Source of the DNA: Tubiluchus corallicola
Lineage: Eukaryota > Animalia > Priapulida
Direction of reading: 5' to 3'
Assembly (NCBI GenBank): GCA_030141605.1
Contig: JAQGDQ010000277.1
Coordinates: 186,001 to 250,000, forward strand
Length of the DNA: 64,000 nucleotides
Shown: positions 13,321 to 28,894 of the stretch, piece by piece
Layout of the letters: every line of letters begins with the position of its first letter
Position numbering within the stretch: position 1 is the first letter of the stretch
Program-made: the position numbers and the translations under genes
Notes under the pieces: generated by a model
The model's database searches: none
Seen by the model: only the letters and a program-made list of their open reading frames with translations
Told to the model about the DNA's origin: nothing

Positions 13321-14904
13321 GTAACTTTTTTTAAAAAACATAACACGACAATAACTATTATACCAAATATAATTATTGCCAATTAAATCGAGACTAGGCG
13401 CATATAGGTGAAAAAAACGTCAAAAATTAAACATATAAGGTCACGACAAATTTTGAACGCCATTTTCATATAAAAAATGAAACATCTGCTTTCCATTGAA
13501 ACATCGACCTAGCTTGAAATAATCATTTGAGCCTACTTATATAATTAACATACGACAACCTTCATTTCGCATATAAATGCTTAGTGAAATATCGTTGTCA
13601 ATGCTCAACTTTATCAATTTTTTCACACTCACATGTAATAACATAATGGATTCCACACATCTATAAAATACAGTGTAGTATGCATAACTGAAAATGATGC
13701 TTCCTTAATTAATTTTGTTTGTCAATAATTTATCTAATTAAACTACCACCTGCACTCGATCTATGCACCAGTACTAAAAAAAGAAAAATGGTTAAAGTCA
13801 TCGTTTTGCACTTTACAGCAAGAATGAAAAACTTGACGAAAATGACATCAATTATAGCAACCTGTTCAATGATGATCCGATTCTGCAGCTACGATAAAAC
13901 TCGTTTCCTCTTAGAGTTAATTTATAACATAGCTTTTATTCTCCCTGGTCAAATAAACATTTCTAAATTTCCAAGCATCTCATGGCATAAACCAGCAACG
14001 TCTAAAATATTAGTGATGCCTATAAGTAATGTGCTATTTATATTTAGAATTTACACAATGCAGCATTAGGGGTAAATATTAGCAAAAGTACCTACGTGCT
14101 TTGTAAAGTCACAATTGCATTTTGGAAGCTGAAGCGCAGTGTGAAAAATTCCATTCGGCCTTGATAATTGAACATTGAGAATTATAATTGCCTAGTACAG
14201 TGTATAAGTGAATATCTCTACTTTAAAATAAATCATATCCATTCCTTCATATGAGTGCAGGGGCTCGTAACTCGTATTAAGAAGGTCGGTCAATTGGCCT
14301 GAGCCGATTCTCGAAATTTAATTCCAATTTTCACTTCATTTAATTCATGATATGCTCAAAACGAATCTGATAAGCTTATTTTGGCTTGTTGGAAATTTCT
14401 AATTGATATCCTTGCTGATCAAGATTTGAATACCGATACCAAACCAAACCATTGTACATCATCAATTTAAAAAACAAAGTAGTGAAAATGTCTGCAAAAA
14501 TATAGGGTTCATCACAGCTTTTATAAGACTCTATTATATTTAATTAGTTTAAATTTACAAATATGTATTGAAACTGGTAAACCAACTGCCTAAAAGTGCA
14601 GAATTGAGCAAATTAGGTATCAAGCGTTCTCCTATTAGTAGTTTGCTGAAGTTTCTATGCTGTAGTTTCTTAGATTAAATTAGATACAAATTTATACCAA
14701 ACAAAATTTTACTTACCACGTACGTCCACCCCAAAAAAAAAGTGGATTTCAAAATGCGTGGATTGATATTCAATGGTGCTGCGCAGACGATCGCAAGTTA
14801 ATGATCTTCGGATTCTATTCTGATTTTCGGACAACAGGGGACACCAGTTTTTTTTTGTTACAAGTTCAACCAGTTACTGTATCTCGGGTTATATCTGTTA
14901 TACT

Positions 14905-15546
<642 letters not shown>

Positions 15547-18500
15547 TCTATGATAATTTCGGTGGTATTCGTCATTATATATATATTATTTTCGGTGATC
15601 TATATACCAAACGAAAGGTCTCAAGTAATTAGCAATTTATGGGCTTTTGGTAAAATTGAACAATCTGCTGTACAAAATGACAAGTGCACAAACATGAATG
15701 AAGAAAATAGCAACATAAATAAACAAAATGTAACGAAATCATACATGCAACAAATAAAGAATTAAAGAGGAACATAACAATAAAAGTTATAATAATAATA
15801 ATTAGTAGTGACATACTAAATACATCCTTATTGCAAATATGAGCTTCCCCTTTTCTAAAAAGCACAAAGGAGAAATTACTTCGCAAGGGAGTAATGTTTT
15901 GACCAGCAAAAAGTGGTCAATGTGCCCCTTGTTTTACGAGGTGTTGCTAAACGAAGCTAATAACAGGACAGTGGCATCCGAGTGACGTGATGACAAAATG
16001 GGGCCGCTTCGTTCAAAAGACAGATAATTACAAGAGAGTTAAGACCACGTTAATGAACCGTCTCTTCCACAGGGAAACAAGCAGTAATATTCGGCATCAT
16101 TGTATTTACTGTAGTGTTTTGATGGTGATTCTCATCTAAATTGCAACTAAATTCATTTTAAAACGTTGTTGTGCCGCCCACACAAAATTTATCTCTGCAT
16201 AGTCATTCACCATAAGAGGAACAATACACATTTTAACTCTAGAAAAAAAACAAAAGCTTTTATTAAGATGTGATTAGCTTGATTTGCTAAAAAGTGCAAA
16301 CGAAACTCATATTACAACAGTCAATACAACAGGTTTTATTTCCGTTAGCTTTTATTTTGAGCTTTTTGAAAAGTCTAAGGCTGCTTGATGGATCGCCATG
16401 AAACGTTAGAGGAAACGTTAGAGCGAAGTTGTAGACGTGTAGCTGCTGTAGCCACCTATATGTATATTTTGGATAGTGATTTAGTGATTTCCTTCACTGA
16501 ATGTAGTCGTATTAGCTGTATTCCTGCACTGAGACAACGTATTAGCGGCGCTAGGTGGGATCTTGGAAAGAAATTTATAGCTCTTTGGAAAGAGGAGAAA
16601 CCGAGCTACACGATAATGTGGATCGCTTTTACAAAGGTCTCAGCCAGGACGAAGGGCTTGGTATTAATTTGGGGAAAGTTTTTGTCGAAGACCCTGTACA
16701 TAGTAACTGTTGAAAAGCCAGTCTTGAAGCAGGTTGAGACAGCAGCAGAAGCTGCAGATGCTTCCCTCTGCTATGCCTTTGCTCCTAGCGAAGACGATTT
16801 ATTTACAATAGCAAACATTCCGTAGCGTGAGACACCAGTAGTTTATTGAAATAAAAGCTCGTCGACGTCGACGCCTTTAGCATGAGCCCTTCAGATAGCA
16901 AATAATCCAAGAGATTGTAACATCGTGTAACTTTCGCACGTGTTGAAATTGTTACATGATTTGTCACTGTCATGAGCGACTATATTCTGTAGTAATGTCA
17001 ATCTGCTATTCTAAGTTATTTTCTATGTATGTCATTTTGTTTTCATCACTTACAGTTGCCTAGTGCTTTATGGCATTTGGCTTGTACGCAGTAGATCTAA
17101 CTAACTGTGGGTTCGTACTATCATTTTATGTCTATTTTTGTTACAGATTGTTTGTACTGCATTTGCTGTTCCTTTTTTAAGCAGCCACGTATATAATAAA
17201 ATGCTTAGTAACATACATAGAACAGAATGTAGAAATTTAAATCAATTTTACGACTCATAATTGTTTTTCTTTCTGAAAAAAATCTTTTTGGAAAAAATCA
17301 CTTTGTTACAGCCGTTGATCTATTACTATATAGAATAACTGATTGGTCTATTATTTTTCATGCAATCTTAATGGCTACTGTAAGATTGCGTACAAACATG
17401 AAAAATCGGATGAGTTTACACAGAAAAGTCTCCAAGACGTGTGAAGCCGTCGATAAACAATATGTGATAGTTCTGCTGTAACTGAAATAGTTGGATTACT
17501 CGTCTGAGTGTAATTATGTATCCTCTATATACTATACAGGTGTATAATACGTAATGACTAAAATTATCTATCTGATTTCACGGTACGTAATTTAAAGACA
17601 AACATAACGGTTATATTAATGTTTACAGACTAAAAGGATATTGCATAATGCTGCCAAAGCTTTGACAACTACAACTACGATACGATATTTCGCTACCTAG
17701 CTACCTCGTCTTCGCTAGTTCGTTTTCTGTCTTTTCGTTCTTTCTGCTGTCTTTTTTCTCTCCCTCTCCTTCTCTCGCTTTCTTTTTCTCCCTTTCCTCT
17801 TTCTCTCCCTTCTCTCTCTCCTCTCCCCTTTTTAATCGATTAGATATTAAAAATAAAGTTGTGTTTTGCTTGTTGATGTTGCTAACTGTATCTTCCTTTG
17901 CCCTTTAATCTTTGCTGTTTATCACCTCTACAAATAAGAGCGATTTTAATGTTACGTTTAACAAGTTTTTTTTTTGCTATAAGACCATTGAACTATAATG
18001 CTGAAGCTGAAAAATTTGATAGGTGTTAAAACTTACCTGCATGATGAATTTGCATTTATGGTTTATCAGCGTCAGATCTTTCTCAATCATTTAGTTTGCC
18101 TGTAAGTGTAAATAAATTTTAATTCTTTGACAAATATAGACTGGTTTGTCTAGATCATGGTTTACTGCACACAGGAAGAGCATTACTTGATCCTCGCTTT
18201 AACAAATGACTAGGTGAAAAACAGTAATAAATAATTAATATTAGGCAAACACCAAGTTTATGATAAATATTAGTAAATTTCAAGCAAAGACAATTTCATT
18301 CTTTATCAGTTGTCACTTTCACATCTCACACATCAGCGTAATAAACACACACACACGTAATAAATAAACATCTCACACACACTGCATAATAAAAATGTAA
18401 AACTGTCTTAAAGATTTTGTCTTTTTTCTCTGAAAATAATTCATGAGCGTAATAAATTTGCTAACGATGGAACTTTTACAGCTATAGGTATTGCGTATCA

Positions 18501-18649
18501 TAATTTACAACAATACTGGTACCATAAAGTCACGAAAGTTCTACTCTTGTGGAGAAAGGGTCAATCCGACTCAAAAGTGACAGAAAAGATTGAAGAAGTT
18601 GGCTTCTTCCATCTAACTAATTATTGATTATGTTTAGTTGACTGGCGTA

Positions 18650-18741
18650 TACACATGCACTCACACGCACACGCATGCACGCACACACACACGCACGCAC
18701 ACACACACACACACCCTCACACACACACTCACACATACACA
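18650..18741. repeat. Imperfect (CA)n microsatellite
   Basis: Direct observation. Confidence 0.9.
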
Positions 18742-21571
18742 TATATGTGCACATTATTGTGTCTATATCCTATACATTTATAAGAGAAAATTTCACTACC
18801 AACAGTCAATACTGTTACTGTATGATCAAGAAACTCATTTTCTAATGGTGGTGCATGCACCACACGTAAAAAATACGCGCCAAGATCCATGTAAACTTAT
18901 ACACATCAGCTAATCTACAGGCTCTCTTTAACTGAACCAGCTGCTTTCTCAGAAACCATGCACGTAGAAAGCTTTTAGTAGAATCTAGGTCAAATTACCA
19001 CATAAATGCTGCTCCGAAGCGTTTAATAAATTTAAAATTGAACATAACACACGAAGAACTGTGATTAACTCAGTATGTCTATATATATATATATATATAT
19101 ATTATTTATTATAGTTCTAGTTTTATCTCTTACGATTTTAGTGTATTTGTTCAGGATCCATTTTTTATGGCGTTTGTACGTTCATCTACACAAATGCAGA
19201 ATTGCTTTTTTAAATTTATCATTTTCTAATTTTAATGTATATGCGTAGTTCTCGAAACAAAAAATCGAAATGAATTGACTGAAGTGAATTGCAATAACTT
19301 CGATTTAATAAAACTTTACTTGAGACTTTAGGTAGGACAAATTGTCAGTACATTTGCTTATTTTTTCTCGCGTATGTTGCAGGACGCTAATTTTGAGATA
19401 TAGAAAAATACTAAGGAATCCAAAGGTCATACAAACGCGTTTTAAAATTGATTTTTTTGCAATTATCTATGCAAGTAAATATAATTTTACATATATGAAT
19501 CAATAGGTACTTCTGCAGTTGTTTTTCTACTAAATAAAATCTGTACAAAAGCAAATAAAAAATTAAATAGTCACTAAATTTAAATCAAGAATCAAATATA
19601 CAGCCATATAAAGAAGTGTCTTTTTTAAGTTTATGCCATTGTATATCAATTTATAAATTTTATAATTATTTAATAGCATTTACTTTATAAAGCTAAAAAC
19701 GATATCAGTGAAGTATTCTGAATTATGCAATTAATAACTTTGTTCCGTATTACCTACCTTACTTTCCAACCACTCTTTTCTTTTGTTAAATTTGGAAATC
19801 TGCTGTTCTGTGAATGAAGCCAAGTTTTACACGCAAACGATTTACAGCAAAGTTACCACACTGACTGTTTTACTATCTACATGAAGCCAAACACTGACTA
19901 AGCTGCACCGTTCTTCTCAGTGTCAGTCCCCCCACGATGTGCAGTACCCGAGCAAAGTTGTGACTCAGTGTAGGGCCTAATATCCCAAATATTTATAAGT
20001 CCAGCTGGCGGTTAATGTAGCGCACGTAAGCTACACTATACAGCTTATTACCGTCATGGGGACGTCTGAATAAAAAGATCATCTGTTACACGATAAGATA
20101 CGATAATAAAAATAAGGCAAACATGGCAGTTAACGTTCAAGAGATTTTGAGTGAAACATGCGCGTCTCGTATTTTGGTAAAGCTGAAACAATAGAATGCC
20201 ACTTAAAAACATCTGCCTCCTCTTAAAATAATAACAGCCTAAGCGTTTCTTGCCTGTCTTGTTACGTAAAATTTTGTTAATTATTAATTATTTATACGGA
20301 ATTAGTTATACCGAATATACTACAAAATTCACAACACTTCTATGTGAAACGTATTTTGAACTCAGACATCTATTTTCAGACTGAAATATTTAAATGAAAT
20401 ATTTAATCGGAAAGAATTATATATTCGACATTCGTTTAGGCGTTTAGCTATAGACAACTGAAACTAGACCAGACGCCCACTGAGTGAATTCTTTTATATC
20501 TGCAATTTAATATTTTTATTATTTTTTAACATTTGCCGTTTTAGATATTTTTTGTAATCATAATTGTAAATGTACTTGTAATTGTGTGTCTATTTTTATG
20601 TAATTTATGACCTAGCTGTTGAAATAAAATAATAATTTAATCTAATCAAATCTAACTTAATCGAATCTAATCTAACGTATCACTCTATCACTAGCAACTA
20701 TCACTTGCATTTACTACGGATGAAGACAAGATCTCGGACTCATAAAAACTTTCCTGGCACATAAATTATAAAAAATTTAAATAATTAATTTAGATGTAGC
20801 TTAATGATAGTTAATTAATCAACGTTTGCTAAATGTTTCGTTGATCGTGAAACCTAATTTATTATTACTTACTTCACTCACATTTCACCCGGGTATAGTT
20901 TCTGAGTTGTAGTATGACAATAAATAAAATTTACCTGACGACGACTGCAAATTGCAATAATGTAATTACGTCTAGCAGCTACAAAGTATGTTAAATAAAT
21001 AGTCTTCACGCGCACATCGGAGCAGATAAATTTTCTTTCACATGAGAGAGACGCTAATCGTATTTCCAATGTCAATGAAGCATCAGCACTGCCCCACTGA
21101 CTGTCTCCAGTACCAACCAGCGAAAGTGCATGCAAAATTGATCAATTGTAGGAATAATTGTTCGCACATTCATGTTTAATAAGTTTCAATAATGGTACAT
21201 GTCTGTCCACCTGGTACGCATGTGATATACATTATTTACCTTTGTTTGGTTGATAATCAATGCGCAATAATCCCAAATAGTACAGAAGGTGGTTCCCTGG
21301 CCGTGTGTAGGTAAAATTATTATTATTGCCCGAAAGGCGAATGCATCCATAACAGCCGCGCACAGGCAAATTTTATTATACCATTCCAAAAGTTGTTATC
21401 TGAAAAGGATTTACATAACGTGTGCACAGAAATACTAAGGTGACTAAATGTGGCAAGAACAACTTATTTTTTAATTATAAGCTTATTTTTCTGTATAAAT
21501 TTTATGTGTTTTGATCTACTCGTGAACGCAAACATCATTAATATACACTATTTAGTCCGAAATAAAATTTG

Positions 21572-21844
<273 letters not shown>

Positions 21845-23563
21845 TTATGTTAATGACTGTCGTCATCATTATCATTTTATAAAATTAATGTTAGTATTAA
21901 TAAAAAAAAATTCCTACAATTCAGCGAAAAAGAAGTTTCAATCTTTTATCTGATGATAACAAGCCCCAGTGGTCATTTGAAACGTCGTGTTTTTCTCTTT
22001 CTTCTTGATGGTTGGGGGTTTTCATTATTGACCTATTCACACTCGTGTCTTTAAGAATGAAATTTGCGTTATAAATGTTACTAATATAAACGACTAGGTC
22101 TATGGCATCAAAATGTAGGGATGTTTTCGTGCAACAATGTTCTTTACTCTGTCACCTTTTGGTGTAAAAGTGACAGATATTGACTGGCTTCAGCTTCTGT
22201 TACCCAACACACATGTGGCGCGCTAATGCACTTTTACAGAAGCAGACACTGTCACCAAGGTAACTAATTATGTAGGTAACAGGACCATAACTTGCATGAT
22301 CAATGATTTAAACTGCAGCGTTACATTTTAATACTAGAAAATTTAAAATATCAACCATAATAATTGTATCTCAGTAATGTCTGTAAAACTGCAATATTTA
22401 TTTTCCACAACAATCAAAATACCATTACAAAATCTATCCCTAAAATTTTACACTATGAGACACAAAGTAAACGTTTTCGTTTGTGGTTCAGCAACGTTTC
22501 AGAAAAAAGTTTAGCGAACAAACCCAAGTGGTTAATCTATAAACTATGCATCTTGGTGATTATTTTCATAGGCCATCGCACAAAAGCTACCAAAATATTT
22601 TTGAAATAGCTGTGAGACCTTTTAACAAAACAAAATTTTGAAAACAATTTTGACGTGTTGTGAAAATGTTACGTGTTTGCTGGGATGCTAGATGCAAGAA
22701 TGACAGCGGTTCATAAATAATATAGCGTTTCATACTGGGAGTCTGGGATTAATAAAGGAGCAGTGTAACTGATATTATCATCATGAGTACACTCAGCAAA
22801 GCGTTTTATTGAGAAGTCTCAGCTAAGGGGGCATTGTTGCAAAACTCTGTTTGACTTCTTAGTTCTTTAAAACTTCTTAATGTAATGTACTTAGAGGTGC
22901 AGGAATAACTTTATTAAGCATGTGTTAAATATTTTATACCTGATTTTGTATTATAAACGCTGTTTTTGCTCCTCAAACTGTGGTTTGGCTTATGTTGTTT
23001 GGCCAATGCATAATTCTTTACAGTTATGAAATGAGCCTCGTGAATGACATTAACTAGACTATAATTAGAGAAAAAATATAAGTTTCTTGAACCTGAGAAA
23101 AACATAATCATTGTAAAACATTGTAATTCCTCTTTTCCAAAAAGGAATTAAATTAAAACACAGTTTGATAGCTCTCATTATAGTTTCATAGTGTATTGAA
23201 AAAATCTGTTGCCGTTTATTTTCGCAATTTAGAAAAGTACCATATGGAAGAGTCAGACTAGAAAAATGAACGAGTTAGTGCGCTGGCCTGTTTCACCCAA
23301 GTTATTTTTTAACAGATTTAAAAGAAAGTGTGGGGCGTGGTCGTAGCTCACGCGCAGTTTGTCCGGTGCGTCTTTACAGGTAAACAGTTTACACCGAGCA
23401 GTTGCTACTTGACACGTGTTCTGCGACAGCGTAAATTGCAAAGTGAGTAGGGTCTGATAGGAGTCACTTTACTGTGCTTGTTTTCGTTTGGTTGATAGTG
23501 AGTATATCGAATGATGTCCTTCGCGTAAAAAGTAAAATAATCTTAATTTCGGAAAACTTCGCA

Positions 23564-26500
23564 ATGTTCATGCAAAAGGTAATTATTAGTCACAGTAAGT
23601 AATCTGGGTTTTGCATCTTACCTTGTTCTTTTCAAGTTGCAGTTTAAGACGTCTATCGTGATTCGTCTTTTTTGCTGGTTACTGTCGATGTACTCAGTTG
23701 AGCCGAGACAACAGGCCGACTGCGATAGTCAGTGATTATAATGTCAACAAATTAAATGCGACACGAAAATCACGGCATAGCAAGCTTTCATAGTTAATTT
23801 AGTTAGTGTTATTATTATTATTATTAAAAATCTTTATTGAAATTGATACAATATACCCCAATAGTTAGTGTTAGATGTCCACAGTATGCGTGAGTGCGAC
23901 TGGTGCCAGACAGTGAGTGTTATAACGTAACATATCATCAATGCAAGTAAAAATAACGCATCACCGGGATCCAGTACTAACTTCCTCATTTTTTGTCGCT
24001 TAATGATTTGCAAGCGGAATTTTTGCAATGGATTTCCAATGGATAGCTAAAACAATTTTTTCACAAATTGACAGGCTTAACACATTAAGTTCCTGCTGAC
24101 TAACTTTGTATTGATATAATAATTGTTTAGATTGTACGCGTTGGTGGTTCCATACAGCGAGTGGCGAACAGAACCCATCAGCTGAAGTTTTTGTCAACAG
24201 AGGCAGCAGCTGCACCAAGCTTTGGTAACCCTTTAGCGTCTCTGATATTCATTTGTTTAATTTTTTGTCTACGATTAAGGAAAAGGCTTTGCTGTACATG
24301 AATGAAATGTGACGCAACAATGACAAATCTTGCAATTCAATGCCAACCAGGCTGTCTCACAGTGTCTACTGCAGTGGAACTTGGGTTTAATTCATCTGTC
24401 TCTCTTCAGATTCTTCTCTCCAAATTTCATGGCATTACATGTTAATTCTCTATTGTTTGTCATTCACTGACATTAGTAGTTACCAATTTTTCTACTGTTT
24501 TTTTCTGGTAAATTGTGAAATTTTCTATGAGTGTCAAAGTATATAAGAAAGAGATTGTCTTACACAGAATGGCTTTGTTATATGAAGCACATTAAGTAAT
24601 GCTACAAATTACTGTAAAAAAGATGCACCCATATAAGAAAGAAAGAGAGAAAAAGATCTGATACGCCTGCTATCAAAGGTTTTAGATTTTGTCAAAAATT
24701 CTACTTACTTGTAACTGCAGATGTGAGCAATCAACTTGCAACTCAGTGATTGAATTGACTCTTTATAACGACATAAAACAATAAGCCACTTTATGATTAC
24801 CGTAAAGATATCACCTGGCATGATCTGTCACTACTACACAAGGAGAACATTCTGAACAATTCCTTCATGACAGTGTAAAAATGGTAAACTCTTCCATAGT
24901 CTGTCACCTTCATCACTCTTACTCACGAGAGATTTTAAAAATTACGTGCTAAAAACGCAAAGTCTCAAAGAAATAGGTGCCCTGCCAACCAAGATATCCA
25001 ACACAACAATCACCACTCGTCTTGACAGCAAACTCCAGTCATCATTCCAAATAGAGAAATTATTCAAGAGATTATTTAAAGGTCCTGTGACACTATGACA
25101 CTATTTTTTATGTTATTTTCTTTTGAAGCATAGGTGAAATTACATATTTCCTAATTTTTAAAACAGTTTTGATGCATGCTTTTCTGTGATATGGTAACTT
25201 AAATTAAGCGTCGTTGGTACTGTCACAAATATTATCGCCCACCATGGGGTCACGTTAGGAAGCGGCAGTTAACAGCTGCAGTACAGTAGACAGCCAGTGG
25301 CCTCAGCAAGCAGAGCACTGTGAACACTGAACAAAACGATTATTGCTGAGTAATGATTAATAAAAACGTTTCTTACTATATCTATCTATATTTATCTATT
25401 TATAGCAAATAAACTTGTAAGAATCAGTTCTTATTTTACAAACCTGCAGGGAACAGCAAATTTATAGTAACAAATGCAGCATGGAGGGCACTATGATGTT
25501 ACTATACCATTATTTAAACTGTGTGTGGGCTGTATGAACAATAGGTGTGTTGAGTACTCCCTCGAATTAGATCAAGCTGCAAGTAAGCTGCTAGCCACTA
25601 TTTCGGGTTAGATACACAGTAAGTAAGGTAATAATTAACCTTTGTAACTAAATTTCATAAAAACTATGTTTAGTCAAGGTTAGCAGTAAGACATTTCAAC
25701 CCTACCAGCTTAACGGAAACTCCCAGTTTTAATACCAACCTCTCTTTCTTCACATTTTGAAATATTTCTCCTGATTTTTTACATGTTACTTCAACATAAA
25801 AATGGCACAAAAGGTAACCGCAGTGAGGATAGGACATCCTTTCCTTTTGCCACAAAAAGAAACGCCCATGTATCCTGCTAGGCATGGTGAAAAATGAAGT
25901 TTGGGCAGTTGCACGTAGAATAAAGGTACTCGACTGCATCAAACTTAAATGCACGTCGATCAGCGGTCAAATTAAAGACTATGAGAATATGTTTTACTTA
26001 AATATTTAAAGCTTTTTTCTCTGAAACCTCATTTGCACATTCAAGTAAGTGTGGACAAACCTATTATTTGAGCTTAACACTAAAATACCAAAATGCGAGT
26101 ACCCCATTCTCTTCATTACCGGCGTATCGCTTGATTTTGCCCTCGTGTAAATACAGGGAGAGTCACACATGTATGTGCAGCATCATTCCTAATGTTATGT
26201 CACTTCCCCTTTCTTCCCGGATTTTGCATTTTTAGCAAGATGTCTGTGCGGCGCTAAATTTTAAGTGTTTCACTGCTAACCGAAATGTGCAAGTTTATAA
26301 AAACTAAAACCGCTTTTTTGTATCAGGCTAGTCAATAGTGAATTTTGACAGCAAGTGTCTACCAGGGTGTCAGTGGACCTTTAAACAAGAAGAAAAGGAG
26401 ATTTTAAAGTGTGTCCTTCCGTGCACAATTAATTTACTTAACATTACGCTTACCTGTTTGAAAGACTTACGTAATTGAAAATTCTTAATAATTTAAAATA

Positions 26501-28863
26501 TTCGTGCCACTTGGTAAAATGGCTCTACATCACCATCCCAGTGTGTACCGCTGATTTACAGAAAAACACATTATTGATCAACATCTTACTGACAATATAA
26601 GGTGATTTAAACTTCTACTTAGTTAGCGAAGAGTGTTGCTATGAATGTTCTAATTTCCTTTTAAACAACTTAGCGTTAAAATGCCTAAAGATCTACCAGT
26701 TTTATGAATGTCAAGATGAGTTTTTTAAGCTTTACTTATAAAATATAGAGTCTTTTCTTGTGTTTTAAAGATTTACTGAAACACTGCCCACTGCAGCTAC
26801 ACTAGTTCTAATCGACACTTTTTACCATTACAAAAAGTAAGTAAGTATCAATATTGTTACTGTTAACAATTTGATTCTCCTTCAAATAGCTCTTTCATCA
26901 GAACAACAAGAGTATCAGCAGTTGGCAAGAAAGTTTGCTCGTGAGGAGATAATACCTGTTGCAGCTGAGTATGACAAAACGGGAGAAGTAAGTGAAACCT
27001 TTTACCAGAAATTTAGTTTAATAAATAAAATCTCAATTTATTTATTAAACAAATTTAATTAATAAGTAAATTTTTTGACGTTTCACTCTGCTGGCTATGT
27101 TTTCTGATGTTATTAAAATTTGATTTTTTACAGATTCAATTTTTCAGAATGTTTTTCTGTGTTTAATCCCGAAATTCTTTTTTCTTGCAGTATCCGTGGC
27201 CATTGATAAAAAAAGCATGGGAGCTAGGACTGATTAACACTCACATTCCACCAGATTATGGTATTTTGTCTTTTGCCTTCATAATATAAATTGAATAAAT
27301 TAAATACTTAATAGATCATTAGTTTCTTCTTCCCCCAGTAGGGTGCCAAGTTGGAATAGACTGTTATCATACCATATACTTGTGTCGTAAACTAGTGTTG
27401 CATGTGTGTTTATGTAGTTTTATGCTTTTTGTTAGATGTTGTTTGGCTGCATAACTTGCTTTTTAGGTGGACTGGGCTTTGGTATATTTGATGCTTGTAT
27501 GGTAACTGAAGAGATAGCTTATGGCTGCACTGGTATACAAACTGCCATCGAAGCCAACTCTTTAGGAGTAAGTAGAATATTTGAATGTTTTTTGTCTGAA
27601 AATTTAATTAATACACATTTAAGAAAAAATTGTCATTTATGTTTTTTTCAGTTATGTTTAACACAAAGGTACTTTCATTCTTCCAGATTTTTTGCTAACA
27701 TTATTAATTTTTCTTTAAATTTTTTGTACAGTTTTGATTTGTAATGCACGTTTAATCTGTTTTCATTTCTCTTTGCTTCATAGGATCTTTTAAATAAACA
27801 AGTTACTCGTCATACATTTTTTGCAGTCAAAGCAAATTCATTTCTTTTTTTGGAACTTAAATTAAAACTTTTTGTACTTCCTTCTTATGGTCAAACCTTA
27901 TTTCAGAATTTAGTAATTGCGTATTGTCTTTGGTTTTGAAACCTGCTGGAAGTTTTTTAATGCGTTTCAGCAAATGCCTGTTATTATTGCTGGCAATGAA
28001 GAACAGAAGAAGAAGTACTTAGGGAGAATGATTGCTGAGCCTATTGTCAGTGTAAGTGAATAAAAGATATGCTGAATACATAACTCATGGAGCTTGAATG
28101 CAGCATAAACATGTAATCTGTTCTATGCCCAAATATAGCGAACAAAATTCATTATGGAGGTTGTTTCATAAGATCTTCATTATTTTTGAAAGTTTGCGAA
28201 CTTCAGTGTCACTTACAAGGCAAACCAGATGGCAATTTGGTTGCTGAGTTTACGACCCTTGTCAAACTTGGCTTCATAAGCCTACTAGGAAGTTACTAGT
28301 GCATTTAAAATTGAGCACTACCTTTTTTGAGACAACCAAGCCTTTTTGCACGTTCTTGACCAATCGACATTGAACAACATTTTGGAATTAACAGGAACAC
28401 ATACATTCCTCATCCGTTCTTCTAGTGTGGGGAGGTCTCGCAGCGTAGGGGTTGTGCACTTATCTTAATGTAGCCTTACAAATAGACATTGCATAGTGTA
28501 TGTTCCAGAGAGTGAGCAGTCCATACAGTTTTACGCCTTTACTCTACATTAGCATGATAGCAGTAGAAAATGGCTCAAAACTTCAAATTTAGATCTAAAA
28601 ATGTGCAATTACTTACAGGAAAGAAATTGAAGATCAAGTTAACTTGTGACTTGTGAAATGCTCTTTGCTTGCGAAAGGATATTTGCAAATTTGTTATGCT
28701 GTGTAAAAATGAATGTAACAACATTACAACAATTCATTGATATTGCAAGGTGTAAGCAGTACGGTTGATTGAAATTTAGAAAACTATTAGTTTTTCAGTT
28801 ATTGTCAATACAAATTATATTCATAATTATCCGCCATTGCACTGTGAAGGCATCACGTTGGTT

Positions 28864-28894
<31 letters not shown>

